Shown here: piece by piece, positions 9,185-18,367 of the stretch | Layout: each line of letters begins with the position of its first letter | Position numbering within the stretch: the first letter of the stretch is position 1 | DNA from: Escherichia phage vB_EcoS-12210III | Sequence record: MK907227.1 | DNA: 44,219 nucleotides | Strand: one strand, 5' to 3' | Translations under genes and position numbers: made by a program | Notes under the pieces: model-generated | Database searches by the model: none | Told to the model about the DNA's origin: nothing | The model's input: only the letters and a program-made list of their open reading frames with translations

Positions 9185-9430
9185 ATGATTCGTTTAGAAC
9201 ACACTGGCGCTTGCCTTATCGTTTACAAGGGTGAGAAATATTTGCCTGGTGACACTTTTGAGGTTGATGTAATTTGCGACGGACTCAAGCGTTTAATCGC
9301 AGAGGGTAAACTCACTATTGAAGGTGACGCTAAAGCAACCAAGCAAATCGCGCAAGAAATTGTTAGCAAGAAAAAGCGCAAAGAACCGAAAACTATCTCC
9401 GAAGCTGAGACTGGCAACGAGTACAAATAA
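9185..9430 (+). CDS. Hypothetical head/neck protein (81 aa)
   Basis: ORF with RBS AAAGGAG. Confidence 0.5.
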   Translation: MIRLEHTGACLIVYKGEKYLPGDTFEVDVICDGLKRLIAEGKLTIEGDAKATKQIAQEIVSKKKRKEPKTISEAETGNEYK

Positions 9431-9471
9431 CAAACAGGGCGCTTCGGCGTCCTTTATTGTATGGAGCTAAT

Positions 9472-9873
9472 ATGAATGATGCAATTTTGGCGTTTATGCG
9501 CTCGCTTGTTCCGGCGCTCAAAGCGGTGGATGACGAATCAATTAATGTATGGATTGATTTGGCACGCCTATACGTATGCGAAAGTAAATTTGGAGCAGAC
9601 AAAGATAAGGCAGTAGGACTTTACGCGCTACACCTGATGATTGCTGATGGCGCGTTTAAGGGTGAGAATGAAGGGCTGGAAACATACAGCCGTAGGATGG
9701 CAAGTTATGCACTGAGCGGTGAATTCTCTATCACTTATGATACCCAATCAGCAGCATCTGGCGACTTATCATCTTCTCAATTCGGCCGTATGTACAAAGC
9801 ACTGCTCCGCAAGAAAGGCGGCGGCTTCGGTTTAATTACTTCCGCTGGTGGCGGTGGGTGTGGTTGCCGATGA
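9472..9873 (+). CDS. Head-tail connector / head completion protein (putative)
   Basis: Position in the neck gene series; start set to ATG 9472 (RBS GGAG). Confidence 0.45.
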   Translation: MNDAILAFMRSLVPALKAVDDESINVWIDLARLYVCESKFGADKDKAVGLYALHLMIADGAFKGENEGLETYSRRMASYALSGEFSITYDTQSAASGDLSSSQFGRMYKALLRKKGGGFGLITSAGGGGCGCR

Positions 9874-10241
9874 ACTACAGTGAAATTGAATCAATCACTC
9901 GCTCTGGCATTAACTTCTTTAGTGATGCCAATGGCGTTTATGAAATGAGTACTGGTGATGGATATGTTGAAATTGCTAACGGCGTTGAAGTTGAAGTTCC
10001 TTCGCAAACATTTCAGCTAAAAGGCTTGGTGCGAGAAATCAAGACGCGCGATATAGATGGTGAGTTTATCCAGTTTGGCGATAAGCGCGGAATATTCACG
10101 GCGCAGGTTGAAATTAAGCAGGGTTATCAGATTAAAGTCAATGGCGACACTTTTGTTGTTGTTGACCCGAGACCTGTTAAACCAACTGGTACAGTTGTTG
10201 GCTACAGGCCAATTCTTCGTAGGGTGGCTACTTATGGCTAG
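9870..10241 (+). CDS. Head-tail joining protein (putative)
   Basis: ATGA overlap with the upstream gene; position. Confidence 0.45.
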   Translation: MNYSEIESITRSGINFFSDANGVYEMSTGDGYVEIANGVEVEVPSQTFQLKGLVREIKTRDIDGEFIQFGDKRGIFTAQVEIKQGYQIKVNGDTFVVVDPRPVKPTGTVVGYRPILRRVATYG

Positions 10242-10683
10242 TTTTATACCGAAGGCCAATGGCGGGGTTATTGAATTTACCCGCTCCATTTCTGAATGGA
10301 TAGATAAGGTTGAATCTGGAGTTGATGAGGTTGTTGCAGGAACCATTATCAAGACAGCTAATGGCCTGGTAGATCAGTCACCAGTTGACACCGGTAGATT
10401 TAAAGCCAACTGGCAAATAACAGCAAACTCCCCGGCTCAGCAGTCAGTAATTGACTATGATAAACTTGGAACAGAGACCAAAAGAGCACTCGCAAGACAA
10501 GCAAGGGCGGTAGCCAGAGCAAAGGGAACAAAGGTCATTTACATAACAAACAGGCTTGATTACTCAATTCACCTTGAGTATGGCGGTTCGGGTCAGGCGC
10601 CAAACGGCATTATTAGGATTGTTCAGATGCGGCTTGGTCGATACTTCCAGGAAGCAGTAGAGGAGGCTAAACGTGCACTATGA
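10234..10683 (+). CDS. Neck / tail completion protein (HK97 gp10-like, putative)
   Basis: About 149 aa; start ATG 10234 overlapping the upstream stop; position. Confidence 0.45.
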   Translation: MASFIPKANGGVIEFTRSISEWIDKVESGVDEVVAGTIIKTANGLVDQSPVDTGRFKANWQITANSPAQQSVIDYDKLGTETKRALARQARAVARAKGTKVIYITNRLDYSIHLEYGGSGQAPNGIIRIVQMRLGRYFQEAVEEAKRAL

Positions 10684-11074
10684 ATTGTCTATAGCTGCCA
10701 GGAAATATGTTAATGATTTGCTGGTGAAAAACTTCCCAGTCAGATATCCAGTATCTTGGGAAAACGTTGCTTTCACTCCTCCAGCAGATGGTTCTATCTG
10801 GCTAAAGTATGACTACATCGAGGTTGACACCGTAACATACGGGCTGAGCAGGAAGTGCAAATACTATGTAGGGATGGTGCAGGTTTCTGTCTTCTTCAGT
10901 CCAGGTACTGGCATTGATAAGCCTAGACAAATCGCTAATCAATTGGCAGAATCTATCGTTGATGGTACAATGCTTGACACCGGGACCATTTACGAGTCTG
11001 GAGTTGTTAACCCGGTTATCAAATCCAAGTCTGGGTGGTTTATCCCGGTTCATTTTTATGTTCGTCTAGACTAA
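10673..11074 (+). CDS. Tail terminator / tail completion protein (putative)
   Basis: 133 aa, GTG start after RBS GAGGAGG; immediately upstream of the major tail protein gene. Confidence 0.45.
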   Translation: MHYELSIAARKYVNDLLVKNFPVRYPVSWENVAFTPPADGSIWLKYDYIEVDTVTYGLSRKCKYYVGMVQVSVFFSPGTGIDKPRQIANQLAESIVDGTMLDTGTIYESGVVNPVIKSKSGWFIPVHFYVRLD

Positions 11075-11089
11075 CAAAAGGAAAAATAC

Positions 11090-11746
11090 ATGGCTCATTT
11101 ATCAAATGGCACGCAGGTCTTCGTAGAAGGAACTCGCGGAACTCCAATTAACGTAACTAAAATCTCTAACGCAACTAAACCAGTTTTAACCGTATCTAGC
11201 GCATCTGGCCTGGCTAAGGGTGACTACCTTCTGTTTACCGCCTCCAGCTCAACCCTACTTAGCGACAAACAGGTGCGAGTAACTGAAGTTTCTGGCACTT
11301 CGGTAACAGTTGAAGGTATTGATACCTCCGACGCCACTAAGTTCCCTGCTGGCTTAACTGGTGAGGTTGTTAAGATTAATTCATGGATCGAAGTCCCGTG
11401 TGTTCAGGACGTATCTACTGACGGCGGCGAACAGCAGTTTGTTAACTTCCAGTGCCTTTCTGACGAACGCGAACAGCAGATTCCGACTTATAAATCTGCG
11501 GTAACAAACACCTTCACCTTTGCTCACGAGTACACCAACCCGGTCTATCCGGTTCTGCGTAAATACGATGAGTCTGGCCAGGTTGTTGCGATTCGTCTGT
11601 TCGTACCTCGCGCTCAGGAAATGCGCTTGCAGTCCGGCACTATCTCTTTCAATGACATCCCTGCCATTGGTGTCAACGAAATCGAAACGGTATCCATGGC
11701 GGTATCCATTCGTGGTCGACTGTCCTCCGTGGCAGCTAAAGTTTAA
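11090..11746 (+). CDS. Major tail (tube) protein
   Basis: 218 aa; strong RBS; terminator downstream; precedes the chaperone and tape-measure genes. Confidence 0.7.
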   Translation: MAHLSNGTQVFVEGTRGTPINVTKISNATKPVLTVSSASGLAKGDYLLFTASSSTLLSDKQVRVTEVSGTSVTVEGIDTSDATKFPAGLTGEVVKINSWIEVPCVQDVSTDGGEQQFVNFQCLSDEREQQIPTYKSAVTNTFTFAHEYTNPVYPVLRKYDESGQVVAIRLFVPRAQEMRLQSGTISFNDIPAIGVNEIETVSMAVSIRGRLSSVAAKV

Positions 11747-11754
11747 AACACAAA

Positions 11755-11774
11755 CCCTCTTCGGAGGGTTTTTT
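11755..11774 (+). terminator. Intrinsic terminator (CCCTC-TTCG-GAGGG, T6)
   Basis: Read from sequence. Confidence 0.6.
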
Positions 11775-11779
11775 ATTGC

Positions 11780-11823
11780 ATGGCACTTTTTGCTAAAGAG
11801 TTAATCCAATCTTCCTGTATAGT
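11780..11823 (+). promoter_or_regulatory. Conserved phage promoter unit inside the tail module: palindrome variant ATGGCACTTTTTGCTAA (11780-11796), 22-nt spacer, TATAGT (11818-11823), leader CATCGAAACGA (11829-11839)
   Basis: Same geometry as the early-region copies. Confidence 0.5.
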
Positions 11824-11856
11824 TAACTCATCGAAACGAAATGAGAGATTAATTAA

Positions 11857-12105
11857 ATGAATAACGTTAAAAACATCATCAAACTTACTGCGGTTCTGGT
11901 TGCTTTTTATGCGGTAGTTAAGATTGTTAACCCAACTGGCGAGACTTATGCCAATGCAAAGGCAAGCGAATATAACTTTGAGTTTGCTAAGGCCGAGCGA
12001 GTTTGCAAGGGTTTGGTAGGTGGTAAAGTTGACCAAATCATGAAATATGGTAGCGAGATTTGCAAGGATACCGCTGCTAAGATTGCAAAAGAAAACACTA
12101 AGTAA
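11857..12105 (+). CDS. Small exported/membrane protein (82 aa) inserted in the tail module (moron-like)
   Basis: Own promoter unit; N-terminal hydrophobic segment (IIKLTAVLVAFYAVVKIV); two Cys; interrupts the major tail to chaperone gene order. Confidence 0.5.
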   Translation: MNNVKNIIKLTAVLVAFYAVVKIVNPTGETYANAKASEYNFEFAKAERVCKGLVGGKVDQIMKYGSEICKDTAAKIAKENTK

Positions 12106-12143
12106 TAGAATACACACTCACAAACAATAAGAGGATTAACAAA

Positions 12144-12458
12144 ATGGCAAAGTTCAAACTTTCACTGGCAGCACTCCCTGACTTTAAGTTGCCTGTAAAA
12201 TTTAAGCTGGCTAACGACCAGGATGTAGAGGTTATCTTTACAGTCAAACATAAGAAAACATCTGAGTTGCAGGAATTACTTAGAAAGGAAGACTTGAGCA
12301 CCAAAGAGCTTATTATGGCAATTGCCTCTGACTGGGACTTGGAAGAGGAATACAACGAGGATAACGTTAATGAGTTCTGTGACCTATTCCCTGCTTCAAC
12401 CGTTGCGCTAACTACCGCCTATATGCAAGCACTGGCTGGTCAGCGTGTAAAAAACTAA
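12144..12458 (+). CDS. Tail assembly chaperone (lambda G-like)
   Basis: 104 aa directly upstream of the tape-measure gene; slippery heptamer A_AAA_AAC at 12449-12455 just before its stop. Confidence 0.7.
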   Translation: MAKFKLSLAALPDFKLPVKFKLANDQDVEVIFTVKHKKTSELQELLRKEDLSTKELIMAIASDWDLEEEYNEDNVNEFCDLFPASTVALTTAYMQALAGQRVKN

Positions 12459-12778
12459 AACGAGCGGTGTATCTACAGTACCAGTCAGAACCAACTGATG
12501 CCGAACTGGAAGCTATTGGGATGCGCCGCTCTGATTACGAAGACGAAGAGCCTGAAGTTTTGCACTTCGACGATAACATGATGAAGGCGTGGGACATTTA
12601 TTGTTCAATGGCTACACAGTGGCGAGTCGGAGCTAATGGAGTAACAGGTCTTGATTACAACGTGCTAAATTTCCTCTTTAGAGTGTATAATGTTTCTGAA
12701 GAAGAATTGGTGCTCAGTGATTTACGCATCCTTGAAGCTAAAGCTCTTGAGATGATGGACAACCTGAGAAAAAAATAA
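12144..12778 (+). CDS. Tail assembly chaperone frameshift fusion (lambda GT-like): 12144..12455 joined by -1 frameshift at 12449-12455 to the -1 frame running to 12778
   Basis: The downstream ORF (track 12467..12778) has no ATG and is in the -1 frame relative to the G-like ORF; heptamer A AAA AAC lies in the correct register (codons GTA AAA AAC TAA). Confidence 0.6.
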
Positions 12779-12796
12779 CCCGCTTCGGCGGGTTTT
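12779..12796 (+). terminator. Hairpin (CCCGC-TTCG-GCGGG) with short T-run; weak terminator or RNA stability element
   Basis: Read from sequence. Confidence 0.4.
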
Positions 12797-12813
12797 CTAT
12801 TATGGAGGCTTAG

Positions 12814-15789
12814 ATGGCAACAAATGAATTAGCCGGAATCACACTAGCCGTAGACGTATCGCAAGTAGACAGGGGTACGCAGTCCCTACAAAAGTTCAGG
12901 CAGGCAAACCAGCAGGCTGCTTCCGGTATTAGTGAGTTCGTCAACGCTGAGCAGGTTGCTAAAAACCAGGCTAGAGACACGGCTCGCGCACTTGCTGAAC
13001 AGCAAGCATCTTTGGCTAAATTGCAAACGGCTATTGACCCAACTGCGGCAAAGTTCCGTAAGCTGCAAGAGGCAGCGGTAGGTCTTGATAAGGCATTCGC
13101 GGCTGGCGTAGTTCCTGATGAGGAGTTTTTCCGCTTAGGTGAGGCGCTTGAAACGCAGAACGCAAAACTTGCTCGTTCACGTGCGGCACTAACTGAAGAG
13201 GGTAGAGCGGCAGCGCAAGCTGCAAAGGATAAGGCAAAGGCAAAGGCTGAAGCGGATAGATTCATTGCATCACTTGAGCGTCAGGCTCAAGCGGCAACAT
13301 TGACGCGTGAGGAGTACTTAAAATTACAGGCTGCTCAGCTTGGCGTAAGTTCTCAGGCAGCGCCTATTATTGACAGAATCGCCGATGCATCACAGAAGGC
13401 AAACACCCAGCTAATTGCTCAGAGCAAGGCCTTTCAACGCTCTGGCTTAAGCGCAGGCCAATACAAGGCTGCAATCTCTCAATTGCCAGCGCAGATTACA
13501 GATATTGGGACATCACTTGCTGGCGGCATTCCGATTTGGCTTATTGCAATTCAGCAAGGCGGACAAATTAAGGATGCATTTGGAGGTATTGGTAACACCT
13601 TTAGATTCGCGCTTGCAGCCTTAAATCCATTCAATGTTGCTGTTGGGGTTTTGGGTGGCGCGCTTGTTGCTCTAGGTATCGGTGCTGCCCAGGCAGAGAG
13701 TGAATTCAGAGCATTAAATTCTGCCATTGCGTTCTCAAACAACTCCACAATCGCATCAATCTCGCAGGTTAGAGAGTTGGTTAGCTCTGTTTCTGATGCT
13801 ACTGGTGCAACCAGAGGACTTGTGACTAGCATCGCAACAAGCCTTATTGAGCAAGGGAACCTTACGCTGACGCAGATTGACAAGATTACTAAATCTACCG
13901 CCAGATGGGCGCAGTTGACAGGTAAGGATGCAAAGGAAATTACTGGTTACTATAACCAGATTGCGAGCGACCCAATTCAAGGACTTGCTGATTTAGACAA
14001 GAGGTTTAACTTCCTTACTCAGGGGCAGTTAACAACAATTGAAAGATTGAGAGAGACTAGGGGTGAGGTTGAAGCCGTAACTGCTGCTATTGATATATTT
14101 AGCAAATCACAGGAAGCAAACCTTAACGATATTGCAGCCCAGCTTACTCCTCTTGAATTGGCCTGGAATGACTTCAGGAAGTACATATCTGATGTATGGG
14201 ATGCGATTAGTCGCAGAACGGTTGGGGCGCTAAACCTGTTTGTTGATGTAATAGCCGGGACAATTGAACAGATTAAGGTCTTCATTAACCAAGGTGACGC
14301 GCTGATTGGTGAGTTTGTAATTAGTGCAACTCAGGCATTGCAGAATATCCCAGGCCTTGATGGTGTCGGTGATGATGTAATCAAGAGTCAGCAGAAGATT
14401 ATCGATGCCGCCAAGAAGCAAAACCTTGAGCTAGAGAAGTCTATCAGGGAGAGAGATGCCAGAATCAGAGAGGGAGAACTTGGTTACGTTACACGCAGGG
14501 AAAATCAGAATTCCAATGAGCAATCAGGTACTGATGAGGAGTTTGCAAAAAGGAAGAAGGCGCTTCAGGATGAACTTGATGCGATCAAGAAGAGCAGGAA
14601 AGAAGAAAATGGTAGGGTTAAAGAGCAAAGAGACCTTACAATTGGTTACGAATCTGGCGTGTTGGCGCTCCAGGCTCAGCTCAAGGTTCTTCAGGAAAAC
14701 AGGGATATCGGCGCGGTAATAAGCAATGAGCGCAAGCAGTATCTTCAGGAGGTTGCCAAATTCCAGATTCTTGAGCAGAGGCAACTTGATGGCTCAATTA
14801 CCAAAGAGCAAGCAAGACTTCTCATTGAAAAGGATAAAGTTCTTGAGCTGGCAAGACAGAAGGCTGAGCTAGGTGATCAGATTGCTTTGCAGGAGCGAGC
14901 TAATAAGTTGGCTGAAGATAACCGCAAGAAGATTCTTCAGATTAACAATGAGGCAAGCAATATTAATTTGGGTACTGGACTATCATCTCGTGAACTGCAA
15001 AGAGCCAAAGAGATTCAGGCTCTTCAGTCCAATCAGGTCAATGCTGGTGGCTCTCTTGATGATGTTGATTTTCAGCAATTGCTGGAAGCAAGAAAGGAAT
15101 ACTACAAGCAAGAGGATAATCTTAGGTCAGACTGGCAATCCGGTGTAATATCCACTCTCGCTGACTTGACAGATAAGTACACTGACTACAACCAGATTGC
15201 TAAGGACTTAACCGTTGCGGCATTTGACGGGATAACAGAGCAAATTACAAACCTTGTAACCACTGGTGAGACCAATTTTAGGGAGTTCACAGCAAGCATC
15301 CTCAAAATGATTGCCAAGATTGCAACTCAGCTTCTTATTGTCAAGGCTATTGAGTCCAGTTTAAGTAGCTTCGGCGGTACTGGCGGCGCCTTTGGTTCAA
15401 TTGCTTCTGGCCTGGGTTTTGCTGGTGGCGGCTATACTGGCAATGGTGGTAAGTATCAGCCAGCAGGAACGGTGCACCGCGGTGAGTTTGTATTCACAAA
15501 AGAAGCGACTAGCAGAATTGGTGTTAAGAACCTTTACGCACTAATGAAGGGTTACGCAAATGGCGGTGTTGTTGGTGGCCCTTCTGGTTATGCAAATGGT
15601 GGTTTGGTTTCTGGTGGAGCAGATGTTAATGTTAGTGGTATCACTGTTAACGTAAACTCGGGTGTAGGTAGCGACCCAGAACAAGCTAAGGCACTGCAAA
15701 GCGGAGTCAAGGCTATCGTAGCCGAAGAGATTGCTCAGTCCTTCCAGCAGGGTGGTAGGGCGTATGCCTACCTTCGTGGATTCAACTAA
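12814..15789 (+). CDS. Tail tape measure protein
   Basis: 991 aa, long Ala/Gln/Glu-rich predicted helical region, C-terminal Gly-rich repeats (GYANGGVVGG / GYANGGLVSGG); follows the chaperone pair. Confidence 0.9.
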   Translation: MATNELAGITLAVDVSQVDRGTQSLQKFRQANQQAASGISEFVNAEQVAKNQARDTARALAEQQASLAKLQTAIDPTAAKFRKLQEAAVGLDKAFAAGVVPDEEFFRLGEALETQNAKLARSRAALTEEGRAAAQAAKDKAKAKAEADRFIASLERQAQAATLTREEYLKLQAAQLGVSSQAAPIIDRIADASQKANTQLIAQSKAFQRSGLSAGQYKAAISQLPAQITDIGTSLAGGIPIWLIAIQQGGQIKDAFGGIGNTFRFALAALNPFNVAVGVLGGALVALGIGAAQAESEFRALNSAIAFSNNSTIASISQVRELVSSVSDATGATRGLVTSIATSLIEQGNLTLTQIDKITKSTARWAQLTGKDAKEITGYYNQIASDPIQGLADLDKRFNFLTQGQLTTIERLRETRGEVEAVTAAIDIFSKSQEANLNDIAAQLTPLELAWNDFRKYISDVWDAISRRTVGALNLFVDVIAGTIEQIKVFINQGDALIGEFVISATQALQNIPGLDGVGDDVIKSQQKIIDAAKKQNLELEKSIRERDARIREGELGYVTRRENQNSNEQSGTDEEFAKRKKALQDELDAIKKSRKEENGRVKEQRDLTIGYESGVLALQAQLKVLQENRDIGAVISNERKQYLQEVAKFQILEQRQLDGSITKEQARLLIEKDKVLELARQKAELGDQIALQERANKLAEDNRKKILQINNEASNINLGTGLSSRELQRAKEIQALQSNQVNAGGSLDDVDFQQLLEARKEYYKQEDNLRSDWQSGVISTLADLTDKYTDYNQIAKDLTVAAFDGITEQITNLVTTGETNFREFTASILKMIAKIATQLLIVKAIESSLSSFGGTGGAFGSIASGLGFAGGGYTGNGGKYQPAGTVHRGEFVFTKEATSRIGVKNLYALMKGYANGGVVGGPSGYANGGLVSGGADVNVSGITVNVNSGVGSDPEQAKALQSGVKAIVAEEIAQSFQQGGRAYAYLRGFN

Positions 15790-15819
15790 TTAACGGGGCT
15801 TCGGCCCCTAAGGATTTTT

Positions 15820-16170
15820 ATGGCTATTGATAAATTTACCTGGTGCACTCAAATCCAAAATGGAGGCGGCTCGTTCTCTAACACGAACAATGTGCGAATA
15901 GTTAGCTTCGGCAATGGTTACACCCAAAGGGGTACTGGTGGATACAGGAGCAACACCAGAAGCTACCAGATGACATATACCAACAAGGACTGGCGAGATG
16001 TCATGGATTTCTGCTTCAACCACATCATTACCCCGTTCTTCTGGACTACGCCGCAGGGCGACACATCCATGTTTGTTATTCAGCAGGATAGTATTAGCGT
16101 CACACCAGTCAGTAAGGAAGTTCAGACTGTAAGCATGCAATTCGTAGAAGTATTTAGTTCAATGCGTTAA
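15820..16170 (+). CDS. Minor tail protein (lambda M-like, distal tail)
   Basis: 116 aa directly after the tape measure, in the conserved M-L-K-I-J order. Confidence 0.55.
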   Translation: MAIDKFTWCTQIQNGGGSFSNTNNVRIVSFGNGYTQRGTGGYRSNTRSYQMTYTNKDWRDVMDFCFNHIITPFFWTTPQGDTSMFVIQQDSISVTPVSKEVQTVSMQFVEVFSSMR

Positions 16171-16175
16171 ACTAA

Positions 16176-16196
16176 GCCCCTATGCGGGGCTTTTTT
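16176..16196 (+). terminator. Terminator-like hairpin (GCCCC-TATGC-GGGGC, T6) inside the tail operon
   Basis: Read from sequence. Confidence 0.5.
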
Positions 16197-16209
16197 ATTG
16201 GAGAAATAT

Positions 16210-16965
16210 ATGCTAAGTCCAAAGTTTGAAAATCAGTTGCAAAGCCTTTTCCCTGGCGAGATTGTGACACTAATCCAGGTTGACGGAACCTCCTTCGGAA
16301 GTCTCGTTTACAACTTCCACAATGAGAATATTTCATACACGCCAGAAGAGATCATGCTGGCCCAGATGAATGGCGAGCCACTACCAGAGAAAACCATCAC
16401 CTTCCGCGGTGAAGAGTACGGACCTAGACCTTTCGGTATCTCGGGTATCAATATGACTTCTGACGGCAAGGCTAACAAGGTTACGTTAACGGTATCAAAC
16501 GTGGACCAGCGCATTAGCGCACTTATCCGCACATACAACGGATTGGTTAAGGCTAAGGTTACTATCTGGATTACTACGCGAGACAACATCAATGAAGACG
16601 GAAGCATTGCTGATGGGGACTATCGCAGATTCGTTTACTTCATTGAGCGACCTAAGCAGGTTGATTATAAAACCGCATCATTTGAGCTAAGTAGCCCGAT
16701 GGATATGGATGGTATTTATATCCCCGCAAGACTTGTTCAGTCTGTTTGCTACTGGGCTTCTAGGGGTTGGTATCGTAGCGGTAATGGGTGTACTTATGAT
16801 GGAAATAGATACTTTAATAAGGATGATAAGCCAGTTGATGACCCGTCTTTAGACTTCTGTGCAGGAACTGTTAACAGTTGCAAACTTAGATTTGGTGAGA
16901 ATAATCAGTTAGATTTCGGCGGCTGCGCTGCAGCAAGCCTTCAAGCTAAAGCCAACCAGAGTTAA
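16210..16965 (+). CDS. Minor tail protein (lambda L-like)
   Basis: Start set to ATG 16210 (RBS GGAG); four C-terminal cysteines (CYWAS...C...C...C) as in L-like proteins; position. Confidence 0.65.
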   Translation: MLSPKFENQLQSLFPGEIVTLIQVDGTSFGSLVYNFHNENISYTPEEIMLAQMNGEPLPEKTITFRGEEYGPRPFGISGINMTSDGKANKVTLTVSNVDQRISALIRTYNGLVKAKVTIWITTRDNINEDGSIADGDYRRFVYFIERPKQVDYKTASFELSSPMDMDGIYIPARLVQSVCYWASRGWYRSGNGCTYDGNRYFNKDDKPVDDPSLDFCAGTVNSCKLRFGENNQLDFGGCAAASLQAKANQS

Positions 16966-16975
16966 GGAGAAATAA

Positions 16976-17734
16976 ATGTTAACACCAAAAGTTAAACTTG
17001 AAATCTTTCAGCACGCAAAAGAGGATTACCCGCATGAATGCTGCGGAGTTGTCACACAAAAGGGTCGCGCTCAGAAGTATCACAGAATCACCAACGCCAG
17101 CAAAGACCCAGAGAATGAATTCCTCCTTGATTCAAATGAGTATGCTAGTGTCGCATTCAACCTAGCGGATAATGAGTCCATTGTTTACGTAGTTCACTCC
17201 CACACGGGCGATGGAGCAACAACAAGACCAAGCCCAGCGGATATCTGTAGCTGCAATGAGTGCGAGATTCCGTATGTTATTGTAAGCATCCCGGAGGGAG
17301 ATATGCGTATTCTTGAGCCATCAACGATGCCACTGATTGGTCGCCCGTGGGGGCTTGGTAGCTTTGATTGCTGGGAGTTGGTAATGGCATTCCATAAGAA
17401 ATACGGCGTCAAACTGAATGACTACCGCGTTAATTACCCGTGGTGGGAGAAGCGGTACAATGAAAATATCTATGATGACAACTGGATTAAGGAAGGATTT
17501 GAGCTGGTAAAAACTTCAGATATTCCGATTGGTTCCATGATTATGATGCAGGTGCAAAGTGAGGTGACAAACCACGCCGGAATCTACATTGGCAATAACA
17601 GATTCATTCATCACCTTTATGGTAAAATGAGTTCCGTTGATATCTACTCCGATTACTGGAGGGAGCGCACTGTGCGAATTGTTCGCCACAAGGATTTACC
17701 AGAGGATGTAATTTATGACTCAGAAGCTGATTGA
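16976..17734 (+). CDS. Tail assembly protein (lambda K-like: JAB/MPN metalloprotease plus NlpC/P60-like domain)
   Basis: N-terminal E...HSH...D motif (HECCG..., VVHSHTGD) of the JAMM type; C-terminal Cys/His region; position between the L-like and I-like genes. Confidence 0.7.
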   Translation: MLTPKVKLEIFQHAKEDYPHECCGVVTQKGRAQKYHRITNASKDPENEFLLDSNEYASVAFNLADNESIVYVVHSHTGDGATTRPSPADICSCNECEIPYVIVSIPEGDMRILEPSTMPLIGRPWGLGSFDCWELVMAFHKKYGVKLNDYRVNYPWWEKRYNENIYDDNWIKEGFELVKTSDIPIGSMIMMQVQSEVTNHAGIYIGNNRFIHHLYGKMSSVDIYSDYWRERTVRIVRHKDLPEDVIYDSEAD

Positions 17735-18287
17735 CATTAAGTTGGGCCTGTCACTAGGCCGCAGGTTTGGAAAGATTCACCAGATGGCGGTGAGTAGCGT
17801 GCCTGAAGCTATGCGGGCACTTTGCTCACAGATCCCTGCGTTCAAGGAGTTCATGAATAGCCATGTAGGTCAAAACACCAGATATGCTATTTTTGTGGAT
17901 GGTAAAAATGTGAACGAGCATCGAATAGCTGATTTTAGTGCCGTTCAGGAGATACGCATCTTACCAATCCCTCAAGGCCGTAAGTCTGGCGGGCTTTTTC
18001 AGACTATTTTAGGCGCCGCTCTTATCACGGTTGGCATCTTTACCGGGCAGATTTATCTTGTTGGCGCTGGTGTTTCTCTGGCTGCTGGCGGTATTGCCCA
18101 GCTACTTTCACCTCAAGCAACTGGATTAAAGACGCAGGACAACCAAACAAGCAACCGCGCCTCTTACGCATTTGGCTCAGCTGTAAACACTGTAGCCGCT
18201 GGTTATCCTGTTTGCCTACCTTATGGTTATCGAACGGTTGGCGGTTCGGTATTTAGTGCTGGCAGTTATTCCGAAGACATTGCTTAA
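17715..18287 (+). CDS. Tail assembly protein (lambda I-like)
   Basis: 190 aa with hydrophobic C-terminal half; overlaps the K-like gene end; position before the J-like gene. Confidence 0.55.
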   Translation: MTQKLIDIKLGLSLGRRFGKIHQMAVSSVPEAMRALCSQIPAFKEFMNSHVGQNTRYAIFVDGKNVNEHRIADFSAVQEIRILPIPQGRKSGGLFQTILGAALITVGIFTGQIYLVGAGVSLAAGGIAQLLSPQATGLKTQDNQTSNRASYAFGSAVNTVAAGYPVCLPYGYRTVGGSVFSAGSYSEDIA

Positions 18288-18295
18288 ACATCATA

Positions 18296-18316
18296 CCCGC
18301 CTAGTGCGGGTTTTTT
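18296..18316 (+). terminator. Terminator-like hairpin (CCCGC-CTAGT-GCGGG, T6) before the J-like gene
   Basis: Read from sequence. Confidence 0.5.
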
Positions 18317-18367
18317 ATTTAGTGTAGAATGGCACAAATGATCAAAACAAACATGAGGCTTTGTGAT

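Noticed and set aside
12810-13265. 151-aa minus-strand ORF (and other 60-110 aa antisense ORFs at 12886-13243, 13551-13980, 14019-14421, 14524-14784) inside the tape-measure gene
   Set aside because: Antisense to a long, well-supported gene; Ala-rich low-complexity translation mirroring the tape measure's codon bias; no RBS.
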